50,089 nt of DNA from Promethearchaeota archaeon (GCA_020343655.1 CP070805.1:1047503-1097591), one strand, 5' to 3'; shown: positions 38,656-49,363, counted from the first letter of the stretch. Translations and numbers: made by a program. The notes: generated by a model not told the origin, from the sequence alone.

Positions 38656-38980
38656 AATTATTCACACTTTGACGTATTATTTTTTTCCGGCTACAATAGT
38701 ATTAATCTATTGCGATATTGATCAACGAATTTATTGTTCTGTGATCATTATGATCAATTGTGTAATTAAAATTATTTATTTTAAATTATAATGTTTATAA
38801 TTTTGTAAAATAATTTTTTATTGACTATGTCTATTTAAGTTACATCATTATATAAATATTTAACTATACAAATTTGTTATCTGTTAACAAACGGACGAAT
38901 TATGGGCATATTGTGGGAATTTATAAATTATAAGTTTAAAAAAATTAATTTTTTTTCATGATACAAGATAAAAGAAAGAA

Positions 38981-40711
38981 CTAATGGTAGAGGTACATGA
39001 AGCGTTCCATATAGTATAAAAAGATTTGGTTATAGTAGCCTGTAAAATAAACGTCTGATGCATGACCACCAAAGGGCATCCATAATATAGCACAGTTTTC
39101 ATTACCTTTAGCATAATATGTATCTTGGATATTTCTAGATATACTAAAATAATTTAATATATCATGAGTTCCTTGAAATATTAAACAAGGAGGGCTATCA
39201 TTTTCTATCAGTAATTCAGGATTTTTAAATTCATCCCTTCCAGTAACACCAAAAAATCCCATTTGGCCATTTGCGGGGTAGAAAGGAATTAATCCTTTTA
39301 TTGTTATATTTCCATTGAATATATCACTATAAAGTCCACTTGCTATAGCTAAAGCCACAGCACAAGTAAGATGTCCTCCTGCTGATCCTCCACTTACAAA
39401 CACGGAGTTTAAATTTGCACCATATTTTTCAGTGTTGTTGGCAAGATAATTTGTAAATATACCAATGTGTCGCATCATATCATCTATACTAAAATCCCCT
39501 TTCTTATAATTAGGTGTTAAGGGATCTAATGAAAACAAGGGATTTTCAGCAATACCATATTGAATATCAAAAACGATATATCCCTGAGCAGCAAAATATT
39601 TATTCATTTGCATCATATTCATCATACCTTTATCGCCAGAAACCCAACCACCTCCGTGAATACGAATGATGGTCGAATTTTCTCCTGGGAGGCCTTCAGC
39701 TTTATTTAAAGGCATATACGCATCATAATATAATTGAATTCCTTCATCATTATAAAATAAAGTGTTGCTCTCAACTATGCAATCTTTAGGTGGGATACCC
39801 AAAAAATAACTTGATAATGAAAAAGGAGTCTGTAAAAAATAGTTATTAACATCAGGAGGTATTTTATCTCGCCAATTTGGACCGAAAGTACTTGAAAAAC
39901 TTCTTTCAATATCATTAATAGTGTATTGTGTTAAAAATAAAGGTCCTAGTAATAATCCAGAAACTAGAATACCCATTATTGTTGTCCTATAGAATTTTTT
40001 AGAATTCCAATTTCGGTGTTTTAGTTTTAAGAGTAAAATTGTATTTGCTAAAAATATTATAGAAAAAAAGATGCCGAATTGACCTGAAACTATTGCTAAT
40101 AATGTAGTTACAACTTCAAAAGATCCAAATATTATAACAATTCCAAATATAATTCCTATGATAAATGTGGTCCTTGAGAAAATTATGGCAATCTTTTTTG
40201 AGATTTTTTTAATTTTTAAAAATCTTCTTGAAGATCTTACCTCGAAATCTTGGATTTGAGACTTTAAGGATGAATTATTATAAATTTTAATTCCATAAAT
40301 AGCATAACTTATTCCAATAGTTAACACTCCAAAATAGAAAACATAAATTAACGTATAGGCTCCTAAATTATCAATTAATTGATTGGAATACGTTACAGAT
40401 ATAAGTAAATTGCCAAGCATCATGCTAACCATAGCAAATATGATAAAAATTAAATAAAAATAACTGAAAAAATTCATTTTAGTTCTGAATATCTTCTTTT
40501 CATTATTCTTAATTGAATTTATAAAAATAAGTACGAGATTCTCAAATAGTGTCATTAATAAAATAGTCCCAAAAATATCCCATAAAATTGAATAAGTAGG
40601 ATTTGATATATATGTAATACCAAGAACAATACAAATTGAATTTAAGATAACAGATGAATAGCTAGCAATTTTTACCGGTGAAATTTTTAACCAATTCCTC
40701 CCGATCCTCAT
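38981..40711 (-). CDS. Membrane-anchored alpha/beta hydrolase (HSL-type esterase/lipase)
   Basis: Multi-TM N-terminus; HGGGW, GGSAGG nucleophile, GTHD, GGH. Confidence 0.88.
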   Translation of the reverse strand: MRIGRNWLKISPVKIASYSSVILNSICIVLGITYISNPTYSILWDIFGTILLMTLFENLVLIFINSIKNNEKKIFRTKMNFFSYFYLIFIIFAMVSMMLGNLLISVTYSNQLIDNLGAYTLIYVFYFGVLTIGISYAIYGIKIYNNSSLKSQIQDFEVRSSRRFLKIKKISKKIAIIFSRTTFIIGIIFGIVIIFGSFEVVTTLLAIVSGQFGIFFSIIFLANTILLLKLKHRNWNSKKFYRTTIMGILVSGLLLGPLFLTQYTINDIERSFSSTFGPNWRDKIPPDVNNYFLQTPFSLSSYFLGIPPKDCIVESNTLFYNDEGIQLYYDAYMPLNKAEGLPGENSTIIRIHGGGWVSGDKGMMNMMQMNKYFAAQGYIVFDIQYGIAENPLFSLDPLTPNYKKGDFSIDDMMRHIGIFTNYLANNTEKYGANLNSVFVSGGSAGGHLTCAVALAIASGLYSDIFNGNITIKGLIPFYPANGQMGFFGVTGRDEFKNPELLIENDSPPCLIFQGTHDILNYFSISRNIQDTYYAKGNENCAILWMPFGGHASDVYFTGYYNQIFLYYMERFMYLYH

Positions 40712-41028
40712 TTTCCTCTTACTTTAAAAAAAACCCTATTACGAACTATATATATTGGAGCCAAATGTATCGTCAAGGATACTTGACAATATTTTATATT
40801 CTTATACCTCACGATTCACAGATGAATCAAGGTTTAAACCTATAATATTAATCAAAATTTTCATATAAAAATGTAAACATAAAAAAAAATATTTAAGTCG
40901 AAAGCTGAAAATATGAGGTAATAATATCTAAACCAATATTACGAACTTATTCTTTTCTGTATCTCATTTTTGTTTGTGATATTAACACGTGCTTAATTAT
41001 CAAGAATATTAGAATAAACATAAAATTT

Positions 41029-42774
41029 TCAGTGGTCTTTTAAATTTCTGTGAATTATTTCTCTAGCTTTTTCAAAAATTACAGTTGTGTTAACACCAGC
41101 AGGACAAACTGTTTGACAGTGTCCACATAAAGTGCAAGTATGTAATACTTCGATTACTAGATCGTTCAATTCTAATTCACCATAGACTAAACCATTTAAA
41201 AGACTTAAACGTCCTCTGGGACTATATGTCTCCAAAATATAATTAATTCTAGATGGGCATGAAATACAAAATCCACATCTCATACATTTTAATTCTAAAA
41301 TCTTATCAGATTTTTTTTCTAAGATACGCTTATGATTTTTAATATTTAAAGATCGAGTATCCCCTTTACCAATTCCAGGATTTAAGATCATGTTCGGATC
41401 AAAGAATTTTTTAATTTGTACCATTAGATCAACTACATCAGATTCATGCTCTAATTCAAGAAATGATGTTTTAATTTTTCCAATTCCATGCTCACCAGTA
41501 ATAGATCCCCCGGCTGGAATTATTATTTCTCTATATAAATAATCTATTGCTTTTTTAAAATCTTTTATATCTTGTTCATCATTTTCATTAAATAGAAATG
41601 TTGGATGCAAATTTCCCTCCATATGACAAATTATTGCTACTAATAAATTTTTGGCATTAATTTTTTTAGGAATTTCCTCAACTTTTTTAATAACATCAGC
41701 GAATTTTGAAATCTGTATCGTACAATCTTCAACACAAGTATTTGGCCTAATTCTCGAAAGAGCTGGGAGATTAGCTTTCCTGGCAAGGATCAATCTTTCC
41801 CGGTCCTCTTCATTAATAGCAATTTTATGGAATATTGGATTTTTTTGAATTATAATATCTAGCATAATAGCAAATGCGTCATCAACCTCTTGTTTAGAAT
41901 TTCCATCCACTTCTGCTAATAATACATATCCATTTGGAAAATCTAAGAATTCACCCCCTAAATATTCAGTAACAGCTTTCAATATAACTTTATCCATGAA
42001 TTCTAATAAATTTGGCACAACCCCACTACGCCTTAATTCTAAAACCGCATCTTTCAAATCATCAACTTTTTCAAAAATGAACATTCCTAATTTTCTGGTT
42101 TTTGGCAATGGTCTAATTCTTAAACCGATTTTTGTAATAATTCCTAAAGTGCCTTCAGAACCGATAAATAGATCCTTTATATTATAAGAAGATACTGACT
42201 TTAATACTTTTGAACCCAAGTTCAATACTTTTCCATCTGGTAATACCACTTCTAAATATATGACATAATTTTTTGTAACACCATATTTAAATGCTTGAAT
42301 GCCTCCAGCATTATTCGCAACCATTCCTCCTATTGTGGCTACGGAACTTGAGCCGGGATCTGGAGGAAAAAAATATCCATACGGTTTCAAAGTTTCATTC
42401 AACTCATCACATATAACTCCAGGCTCAACTTCTACAAAATTATTTTCAATATCTACAATAATAATACTATTCATCTGACTTAAATCTAAAATTATTCCTC
42501 TATAGGGACTTAATGAGCCAGAAGATAAACTAGTTCCACTGCCTCGAGGAGTTATTGGAATTCTATTCTCATTAGCTAATTTTAAAATTTCAGAAACTTG
42601 CTTGGTATTTTGTGGGATTAAAATTAAATCTGGTACCCATTCTTTATTAAAAATAGAACATCCAAAGGCATAAGTCCATCTTATTTCATAATCATTAAAA
42701 TAAAACTCTTCCCCGACAATTTCCTTGAAATTATTTGACAACTGTTTAGAGATTTTATTATATTGCGGTTCCAT
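41029..42774 (-). CDS. FAD-linked oxidase (GlcD/D-lactate dehydrogenase-like) with C-terminal 2x[4Fe-4S] module
   Basis: PRGSGTS, FPPDPGS, GSEGTLG, GNLHP, GEHGIG, DP..ILNPG; CMRCGFC..CP and CTLCGHC...CP. Confidence 0.9.
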   Translation of the reverse strand: MEPQYNKISKQLSNNFKEIVGEEFYFNDYEIRWTYAFGCSIFNKEWVPDLILIPQNTKQVSEILKLANENRIPITPRGSGTSLSSGSLSPYRGIILDLSQMNSIIIVDIENNFVEVEPGVICDELNETLKPYGYFFPPDPGSSSVATIGGMVANNAGGIQAFKYGVTKNYVIYLEVVLPDGKVLNLGSKVLKSVSSYNIKDLFIGSEGTLGIITKIGLRIRPLPKTRKLGMFIFEKVDDLKDAVLELRRSGVVPNLLEFMDKVILKAVTEYLGGEFLDFPNGYVLLAEVDGNSKQEVDDAFAIMLDIIIQKNPIFHKIAINEEDRERLILARKANLPALSRIRPNTCVEDCTIQISKFADVIKKVEEIPKKINAKNLLVAIICHMEGNLHPTFLFNENDEQDIKDFKKAIDYLYREIIIPAGGSITGEHGIGKIKTSFLELEHESDVVDLMVQIKKFFDPNMILNPGIGKGDTRSLNIKNHKRILEKKSDKILELKCMRCGFCISCPSRINYILETYSPRGRLSLLNGLVYGELELNDLVIEVLHTCTLCGHCQTVCPAGVNTTVIFEKAREIIHRNLKDH

Positions 42775-42933
42775 ATTTGCATTTTTTACATAGATACTTA
42801 ATTATATTTTGTTAATCGGCTTTAGAAATATTTTATTCTTTAGAAAATAAATATTACTCTTATCATATTATAATTTTAATATTGAAAATATCATATGTTA
42901 TTATAAGAAATTTATTTTATTGTTGAAAGTCCC

Positions 42934-43323
42934 TTGGGAAAAATTATAAGAGATCTCTGGATATTAAATGAAAGCGGGTTAACTCTTTTTAGTAGGGTAG
43001 TTGATCCAATAGTAAATCCTCAACTTTTTGGAGGCCTTATGAGTGCTTTGAACATATTTGCAGAAAAACTTGTCGAGGGGGGAATGACAAATTTTGAGTT
43101 GAGTAATATTCGTTTTACAATTGTGAAGAAGGATCAATTTCTTTTTGTAGCAAATTCTTCCAATGAAATTAAAGTTAAAAAGGTTATTAATGAACTAAAA
43201 AACATTTCGAAAAAATTCTTTAAAGTTTATCCCGAAGAGGTTTTAAAAAGTTGGCATGCTAATGTAAAAGTTTTTGCTGATTTTGAGAAGCATATAGTTG
43301 AATCATTAGAAGAAGCTAGCTAA
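42934..43323 (+). CDS. Longin-like domain protein (Asgard type)
   Basis: LWILNESGLTLFSR, QLFGGLMSALNIFAE, beta-hairpin, ISKKFFKVY, W...VF..FE: the beta-beta-alpha-beta-beta-beta-alpha-alpha longin pattern. Confidence 0.72.
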   Translation: MGKIIRDLWILNESGLTLFSRVVDPIVNPQLFGGLMSALNIFAEKLVEGGMTNFELSNIRFTIVKKDQFLFVANSSNEIKVKKVINELKNISKKFFKVYPEEVLKSWHANVKVFADFEKHIVESLEEAS

Positions 43324-43468
43324 ATATTTCAAAAATCTTCTATGTAAAACTTCATCTGAAATTGCTCCAAATCTTATCATTTTATTTATATAATCGAAAA
43401 AAATTTAAGAACAATTTGATTTTTTAATAATGAAAATGAAAATTTGTTAATAATAAAAGGAAAAAATT

Positions 43469-43792
43469 ATGAAACAAACTGACGATAAAGAATCTCCTGA
43501 TAGCTCAGAATTTAAAGAACTTCCACCTATTTATAAAGGAAACCTACTCCATTCGAATAATTTAAACAATATTATTAAAAGCTTATCAAATCCAAGATTT
43601 TTAGGGTCGATTCATCTGAAAAAAGGAGCATATACTAATTCTAACTCAGTTAGTAATTTAATAGAAGATGAACTGAAAGGAAAAATAACAAAATCATTAA
43701 AGAACACGTTATTTAATCCAATAACAAAGATTTTAATAATATTATGGGTTATTTTTAATCTTATCTGGTTTACCTTAATTTATATTTTTTAG
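43469..43792 (+). CDS. Small tail-anchored membrane protein
   Basis: Soluble N-terminus and a single hydrophobic helix at the extreme C-terminus. Confidence 0.65.
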   Translation: MKQTDDKESPDSSEFKELPPIYKGNLLHSNNLNNIIKSLSNPRFLGSIHLKKGAYTNSNSVSNLIEDELKGKITKSLKNTLFNPITKILIILWVIFNLIWFTLIYIF

Positions 43793-43970
43793 AACAATAA
43801 CATTATGTTAATAGAAATATCTAAGAAATGATAAAAAAAATTTCAAATTTGTTGAATATACTTATTTTCTCTTTATAAAATTTAAAAAATATTTATATTT
43901 TTTAAGATTAAAATTTAATATTTATTACAGATATTTAAACAAGAAAAGTAGATAAAAGGTTAGTCAAATA

Positions 43971-45440
43971 TTGATTTACGATGTAATAATCATAGGAGGC
44001 GGTGTTACTGGATGTTGTATTGCTCGTACACTTTCAAAATATGACTTAAAGATTTGCTTATTGGAAAAGGAGGCGGAGATTGCCTCTGGAACTACTAAGG
44101 CCAATTCTGGAGTTATTCACGCTGGTTATGCTTCTCCTAGAGAATATGTTAAGCGACATCTATGCATAAAAGGAAATAAATTATATACCCAAGCAGCAGA
44201 GGAATTGAATTTCCCCTTTGAACGAATTGGGTCATTTGTAGTAGCATTAGAAGATAATCAGATTAAACAGTTGGAGGATGATAGAAAAAAAGGTATAGAG
44301 GATGGCATTCCAGGATTGGAGGTTATATTAGATAAAAATCAAATAAAACAAATGGAACCAAATTTAACTGATGAAGTTGTTGGTGTTTTACACGCACCTT
44401 CCGCAGGGCTCGCTAGTCCATATGAATTAACTTTTGCCTTAGCGGAAAATGCTGTTATGAATGGTGTAAAGTTTTTCAGGAACCATGAAGTTGTGAAGAT
44501 CAAACATCAAGATTATACATTTACAGTGAGAACATATCAAGGTGAATTTCAAGGAAGAAATCTTATTAATGCTGCCGGACTCTACGCTGCGAGAATTTCT
44601 AACATGTTAGGTTTAGATTATTTCAGTATTATGCCAAGAAAGGGTGAGTATATACTTTTTGATCGAAATGCCATTCAATTAAATAAGATTTTATTCCCTA
44701 TCCCCACTAAAGTTTCAAAAGGAATATTAGTCTGTCCTACGTTGCATGGTAATACTTTTATTGGTCCTAATGCCCAAAATATAACTGATCGTGAAGATAT
44801 ATCAACAACAACTGCGGGATTAAAAGAAATCTTAGAAGGTGGAATGAAATTAGTTCCAAATATTCCCGCAAGAAGCTCAATTAGAAATTTTGCTGGACTA
44901 AGAGCTGTTCCTGACACTTATGATTTTATAATTGATAATACGGACGTATATGGTTTTATCAATGTTGCGGGGATTTTATCCCCTGGTTTAACAGCAACAT
45001 TTGCAATTGCTGAAAAAGTAATTGAATTTCTTGAATTATTGGGCTTAGAATTAAAAGTAAAGGAGGATTATAACCCAGTACGCCCCAAACCAGAAAGATT
45101 TAAAGATTTCACTAAAGAAGAACTTGACAAAAAAATACAAGAAGATCCTGCATGGGCTAGAATTATTTGTCGTTGTGAAACCATTCCTGAAAAAGAAATA
45201 ATTAACGCGATACATGCTTCTGTAGGTGCTAATACAATAGATGGAATTAAATTCCGTTGTCGTCCAGGAATGGGCAGATGCCAGGGTGGGTTCTGCCGTC
45301 CTCGCGTTATTGAGATCCTTTCAAGGGAACTGAATAAACCTTACGAAGAAATTACGAAGAGAGGAGAAGATACAAATGTTTTAGTTGTAAAAACAAAAGA
45401 TCTCATTTTAAAAGATGTTCTGAGAGGTGCTAGTGAATGA
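43971..45440 (+). CDS. FAD-dependent oxidoreductase with BFD-like [2Fe-2S] domain (GlpA-like glycerol-3-phosphate dehydrogenase)
   Basis: IIGGGVTG, TTKANSGVIHAG, SPGLT, ICRCE, GMGRCQGGFC. Confidence 0.88.
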   Translation: MIYDVIIIGGGVTGCCIARTLSKYDLKICLLEKEAEIASGTTKANSGVIHAGYASPREYVKRHLCIKGNKLYTQAAEELNFPFERIGSFVVALEDNQIKQLEDDRKKGIEDGIPGLEVILDKNQIKQMEPNLTDEVVGVLHAPSAGLASPYELTFALAENAVMNGVKFFRNHEVVKIKHQDYTFTVRTYQGEFQGRNLINAAGLYAARISNMLGLDYFSIMPRKGEYILFDRNAIQLNKILFPIPTKVSKGILVCPTLHGNTFIGPNAQNITDREDISTTTAGLKEILEGGMKLVPNIPARSSIRNFAGLRAVPDTYDFIIDNTDVYGFINVAGILSPGLTATFAIAEKVIEFLELLGLELKVKEDYNPVRPKPERFKDFTKEELDKKIQEDPAWARIICRCETIPEKEIINAIHASVGANTIDGIKFRCRPGMGRCQGGFCRPRVIEILSRELNKPYEEITKRGEDTNVLVVKTKDLILKDVLRGASE

Positions 45441-46735
45441 AGAAATATGAAGTTGATGTTGCAGTAATAGGTGGAGGATCTGCGGGTTTAGCTGCGGCTA
45501 TTATTGTCAAAAAAGCGGAATTAAATGTCTTAATAATAGAAAGGGATAAAGAATTGGGAGGAATTACACTCCAATGCATTCATAATGGATTTGGACTTCA
45601 TGAGTTTAAAGAAGAACTAACTGGTCCTGAATATGTTCAGAGATTTATTAATCAAGCTAAAGAATTGAATATCCCTTATAAATTAGACACCATGGTATTC
45701 GAATTTACACCCGAAAAAAAGATATATGCTGTAAATAAAAAAGAAGGTCTAATTGAGATTAAAGCTAAAGCAATAATTCTTGCGATGGGGTGTCGAGAAA
45801 AAACTCGAGGAGCGATTAATATTCCTGGTTTTCGACCTGCTGGAATATATACTGCTGGGCAAGCTCAAAGATTTGTCAATATTGAAGGATACTTACCTGG
45901 TAGAACTTACGTTATTTTAGGAAGTGGAGATATTGGCATGATTATGGCACGACGTTTAACTTGGGAAGGTTGTCAAGTTAAAGCTGTTGTTGAAATTCAA
46001 CCTTATGTAAGTGGATTATTAAGAAATGAAGTACAATGTTTAGAAGATTACGGAATTCCATTAATAACCAGTTATACTGTAACAAAGATCCATGGAAAGG
46101 ACAGAGTTAAGGGAGTAACAATTTCAAAGGTGGATAGAAATTTTGATAGAGTTATAGGGTCTGACAAGTTTATTGAATGTGATACACTTCTATTATCTGT
46201 TGGTTTAATTCCTGAAAATGAATTAACAAGGGAAGCAGGAGCTGAAATCTCACAAATGGGAGGACCTGTCATTGATAATAATTTAGAAACTACTATAGAG
46301 GGAGTATTTGCCTGTGGAAATGTTTTACAAGTCCATGATTTAGTAGATCTGGTTACAGCAGAAGCTAAACGTGCTGGTTTAAATGCAATTGAATATCTTA
46401 AAGAAAGATATAACCAAAAGATTGAAAGAAAAGAACAGATCAAATGTATTGCAGGAGAAAATGTTAATTATGTAAAACCTGATATAATAAATAAATCTGA
46501 TTTGTCTAAAGATTTGATTTTCACTTTTCGAGTAAAAAGACCGGATAGAAGAATTCTAATTCAATTTAAAGATGATAAAAATAGGATAGTTTTCAAAAGA
46601 AAGAGGAGATATGTTATACCCAGTGAAATGATTGAATTGAAATTAAATTCAAGCGAACAACAGATAGATCCTGAATGTAAAAGTTTGGAGGTTGAAGTAG
46701 TTCCTCGTCCTGAAGTATTAATAGAGGAGGATTAA
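45437..46735 (+). CDS. NAD(P)/FAD-dependent pyridine nucleotide-disulphide oxidoreductase
   Basis: IGGGSAG, QCIHNGFG, GSGDIG, GNVLQVHDLVD; ATGA overlap with the upstream gene. Confidence 0.9.
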   Translation: MKKYEVDVAVIGGGSAGLAAAIIVKKAELNVLIIERDKELGGITLQCIHNGFGLHEFKEELTGPEYVQRFINQAKELNIPYKLDTMVFEFTPEKKIYAVNKKEGLIEIKAKAIILAMGCREKTRGAINIPGFRPAGIYTAGQAQRFVNIEGYLPGRTYVILGSGDIGMIMARRLTWEGCQVKAVVEIQPYVSGLLRNEVQCLEDYGIPLITSYTVTKIHGKDRVKGVTISKVDRNFDRVIGSDKFIECDTLLLSVGLIPENELTREAGAEISQMGGPVIDNNLETTIEGVFACGNVLQVHDLVDLVTAEAKRAGLNAIEYLKERYNQKIERKEQIKCIAGENVNYVKPDIINKSDLSKDLIFTFRVKRPDRRILIQFKDDKNRIVFKRKRRYVIPSEMIELKLNSSEQQIDPECKSLEVEVVPRPEVLIEED

Positions 46736-46757
46736 CTATGCAAGGAGGATATGAGAA

Positions 46758-47162
46758 TTGTCAGTAAAAACAAATGGAAATGAACAAGAATTCCCAGAAG
46801 GATATAAGGATATAAGATGTATCGTATGTCCTACTGGATGTTTGGTACATGTTGAAAATTTAAATGGCGAGCTGATCATCGAAGGGCATTCTTGTAAAAG
46901 AGGAGAGGAATATGCAAAAGAAGAATTTATTGCCCCAAAAAGAATTCTTACTACAACAATTCGAATAGAAAATGGATTTTTACCTTTGATACCTGTTAGA
47001 TCAGATAAACCTATTCCAAAAGATAAATTAGAAGAAACATTAAAAGAAATTGCACATAAACAAATTGAAGCTCCTATTAAAATGGGAGATATTTTGATTG
47101 AAAATGTGTTAGGACTTGATATCAATATTATAGCAAGTAGAGATTTAATCGAGAAGCAATAG
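46758..47162 (+). CDS. DUF1667 CxxC protein (small subunit of the GlpA-like cluster)
   Basis: CIVCPTGC, G.SCKRG..YA..E, P.RILTTT. Confidence 0.88.
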   Translation: MSVKTNGNEQEFPEGYKDIRCIVCPTGCLVHVENLNGELIIEGHSCKRGEEYAKEEFIAPKRILTTTIRIENGFLPLIPVRSDKPIPKDKLEETLKEIAHKQIEAPIKMGDILIENVLGLDINIIASRDLIEKQ

Positions 47163-47278
47163 GCGAATATTAAAGTTAAATCCTAATTTTTAGATATTAT
47201 CTTTCACTTTTTTAAATAAGTTTAATTAGAAATATTTGCTATATTTTTAATTCTATAAGGTAGATTTTAATTTCTGAA

Positions 47279-47728
47279 TTGGATCAAATATACAGAGTTC
47301 ATAAGAACTTATATATTGGAGCTTATTGGCCAAGATTAAATTTTAAAATGCTTAACAAAATTGGTATTAAAGCTATAGTTAATTTAATGGAAGAAAATCT
47401 TTATAACCCGAAACATTTAGGTTTTGCTTATTTACATAAGGGATTTCCAGATGATTTTTACGTCCCACATGATTATCTAGATGAAATCTTGAAATTTATT
47501 GATACCTACCTTAATAATAATGAAAAAGTATTAGTACATTGCTCAATGGGGATTTCCCGAAGCGGGGGAATAATTGTAGCATGGTTATTAAAAGAAAATA
47601 CAGCATGGAGCTGGAGGGATGCGATTGCTTATATAAGTAAAATAAAATATATTTCTCCAGCAGTTGAGATAAGACAATCTGTACTGGATTATCTTGAAAA
47701 GAAAGAAAAACGTAGAAGAACTTATTGA
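47279..47728 (+). CDS. Dual-specificity phosphatase
   Basis: LYIG, VLVHCSMGISRS (CX5R P-loop). Confidence 0.92.
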   Translation: MDQIYRVHKNLYIGAYWPRLNFKMLNKIGIKAIVNLMEENLYNPKHLGFAYLHKGFPDDFYVPHDYLDEILKFIDTYLNNNEKVLVHCSMGISRSGGIIVAWLLKENTAWSWRDAIAYISKIKYISPAVEIRQSVLDYLEKKEKRRRTY

Positions 47729-47845
47729 AAAATTATAAAGGTAAATTTTTATGCCTTTAAGAGATTTCAACAAAAAAAAAAAGAAATTTATAGATATTAA
47801 ATATTTTTACTTTATAAAAGTTAAATTAAATACGAACTGATAAAA

Positions 47846-49363
47846 ATGTTTGTTGCTGCATTAGATTTAGGAACAACAGGTTGTCGTACATTTATTTTTG
47901 ATTTAACGGGAACCGTTCTAGCAAGTGATTACCAAGAATGGAGTAGTTATTATCCTTCACCCTCTTATGTCGAACAAGACGCGAAGATTTGGTGGGAATC
48001 AATAAAAAAAACAATTGAGAGGACAATTAAAAAAAGTGGAATTGATAAAACTGAAATTGTTAGTCTTTCTGTTACAAACCAACGAGAAACAATTGTACCT
48101 GTAGATAATCAAGGTAATCCCCTTTATAACGCATTAGTCTGGCAAGATAGAAGAACTATAAAACAAGTTGATTTTATCACTAAAAAGATTGGTGTTGATA
48201 AAATATACAATATTACAGGTTTGACAATTGATCCTTATTTTTCTGCAACAAAGATACTATGGTTTAAAGATAAAAAGCCAAAGATCTACCAGAATGCTCA
48301 CAAGTTTTTGCTAGTATCTGATTACATTATATATAAGTTAACAGGAAAATATGTTAGCGATTTTAGTAATTTAAGTAGAACAATGCTTTTTGATATTAAA
48401 AAATTGAAATATTCTGAAAATATTGCTTCTGAATTAGAAATTGATTTAGATAAAATGCCAGAACCATTAGAGAGTGGTATCGATATTGGAGAAGTTGCAA
48501 CAGACGAAACTCTATTTGACAAAAAAACATTAGTTATAACTGGTGCTGGGGATCAGCAATCAGCAGCTTTAGGTGTTGGAGTTGTATCTCCTGGGGAAAT
48601 AAAATGCACTACGGGAACAGGAAGTTTTATTCTTGCTTATTTATCGCAGCCAAAATTTGATCCTGAGAAACGAGTTTTATGTAGTTGTCATGCAGTTCCA
48701 GGTGCATGGGTTCAAGAAGCAAGTATTTTTACAACTGGAGCTGTACTAAGGTGGTTCAGGGATCAAATAGGGTATGCAGAATGCGCAGCGACTCAAGAAG
48801 GTCAGGATCCTTATGATTTAATTGTCGCTGAAGCAGATAAATCTTCCATTGGAGCAAATGGATTGCTTCTCATTCCCCATTTCGTTGGTGCTGGAGCTCC
48901 TCATTGGAATCCACATGCTAAAGGCATAATTTTTGGATTATCTTTAGGCCATGAACGTAAAGATCTTTATAGGGCTGTGTTTGAGGGTGTGGCCTACGAA
49001 ATACGAAAAAATATAGAAATTTTTAGAGAGATTGGGATAGAACCTAAAGAATTGAAGTTAACAGGTGGTGGCTCTCGTTCTGATTTTTGGAATCAGATTT
49101 ATGCAGATGTATTAGGAATATCGTGTATAAGGAATGTCGTTGAAGAATCAACATCATTAGGAGCTGCGATATTAGCAGCTTCAGGGGCAGGAATATTTCA
49201 AGACATTTCAAAAGCTGCTGAGAATTTATGTAAGGTGGATAAAAAATGGATACCTAACGCTCAACATCATGAAAAGTATAATAAATTCTATAATTTATCT
49301 TATGAATTGTATGATTATTTAAAAAGCAAAAATTATTATAAAAGTTTTAGCGATTTGACCTAA
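47846..49363 (+). CDS. FGGY carbohydrate kinase (glycerol kinase/xylulokinase-like)
   Basis: DLGTTG, TNQRET, WQDRR, YFSATKI.W, SRTMLF, GDQQSA, TGTG, EGVA. The GlpK-like motifs and neighbourhood favour glycerol kinase. Confidence 0.88.
   Translation: MFVAALDLGTTGCRTFIFDLTGTVLASDYQEWSSYYPSPSYVEQDAKIWWESIKKTIERTIKKSGIDKTEIVSLSVTNQRETIVPVDNQGNPLYNALVWQDRRTIKQVDFITKKIGVDKIYNITGLTIDPYFSATKILWFKDKKPKIYQNAHKFLLVSDYIIYKLTGKYVSDFSNLSRTMLFDIKKLKYSENIASELEIDLDKMPEPLESGIDIGEVATDETLFDKKTLVITGAGDQQSAALGVGVVSPGEIKCTTGTGSFILAYLSQPKFDPEKRVLCSCHAVPGAWVQEASIFTTGAVLRWFRDQIGYAECAATQEGQDPYDLIVAEADKSSIGANGLLLIPHFVGAGAPHWNPHAKGIIFGLSLGHERKDLYRAVFEGVAYEIRKNIEIFREIGIEPKELKLTGGGSRSDFWNQIYADVLGISCIRNVVEESTSLGAAILAASGAGIFQDISKAAENLCKVDKKWIPNAQHHEKYNKFYNLSYELYDYLKSKNYYKSFSDLT

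Noticed and set aside
40772-40787. Inverted repeat GTCAAG-GATA-CTTGAC upstream of the hydrolase gene
   Set aside because: A single 6-bp-arm palindrome with no second copy noticed; chance cannot be excluded.
42934-43792. Split longin R-SNARE
   Set aside because: The tail-anchored protein has no convincing ~60-aa heptad SNARE motif before its TM helix.
2092-48522. Short antisense or overlapping ORFs in the track (e.g. 2092-2382, 7562-7801, 11099-11410, 14993-15313, 28725-29096, 33194-33592, 46736-47125)
   Set aside because: They are shadows of well-supported genes, with no motifs or SD signals.
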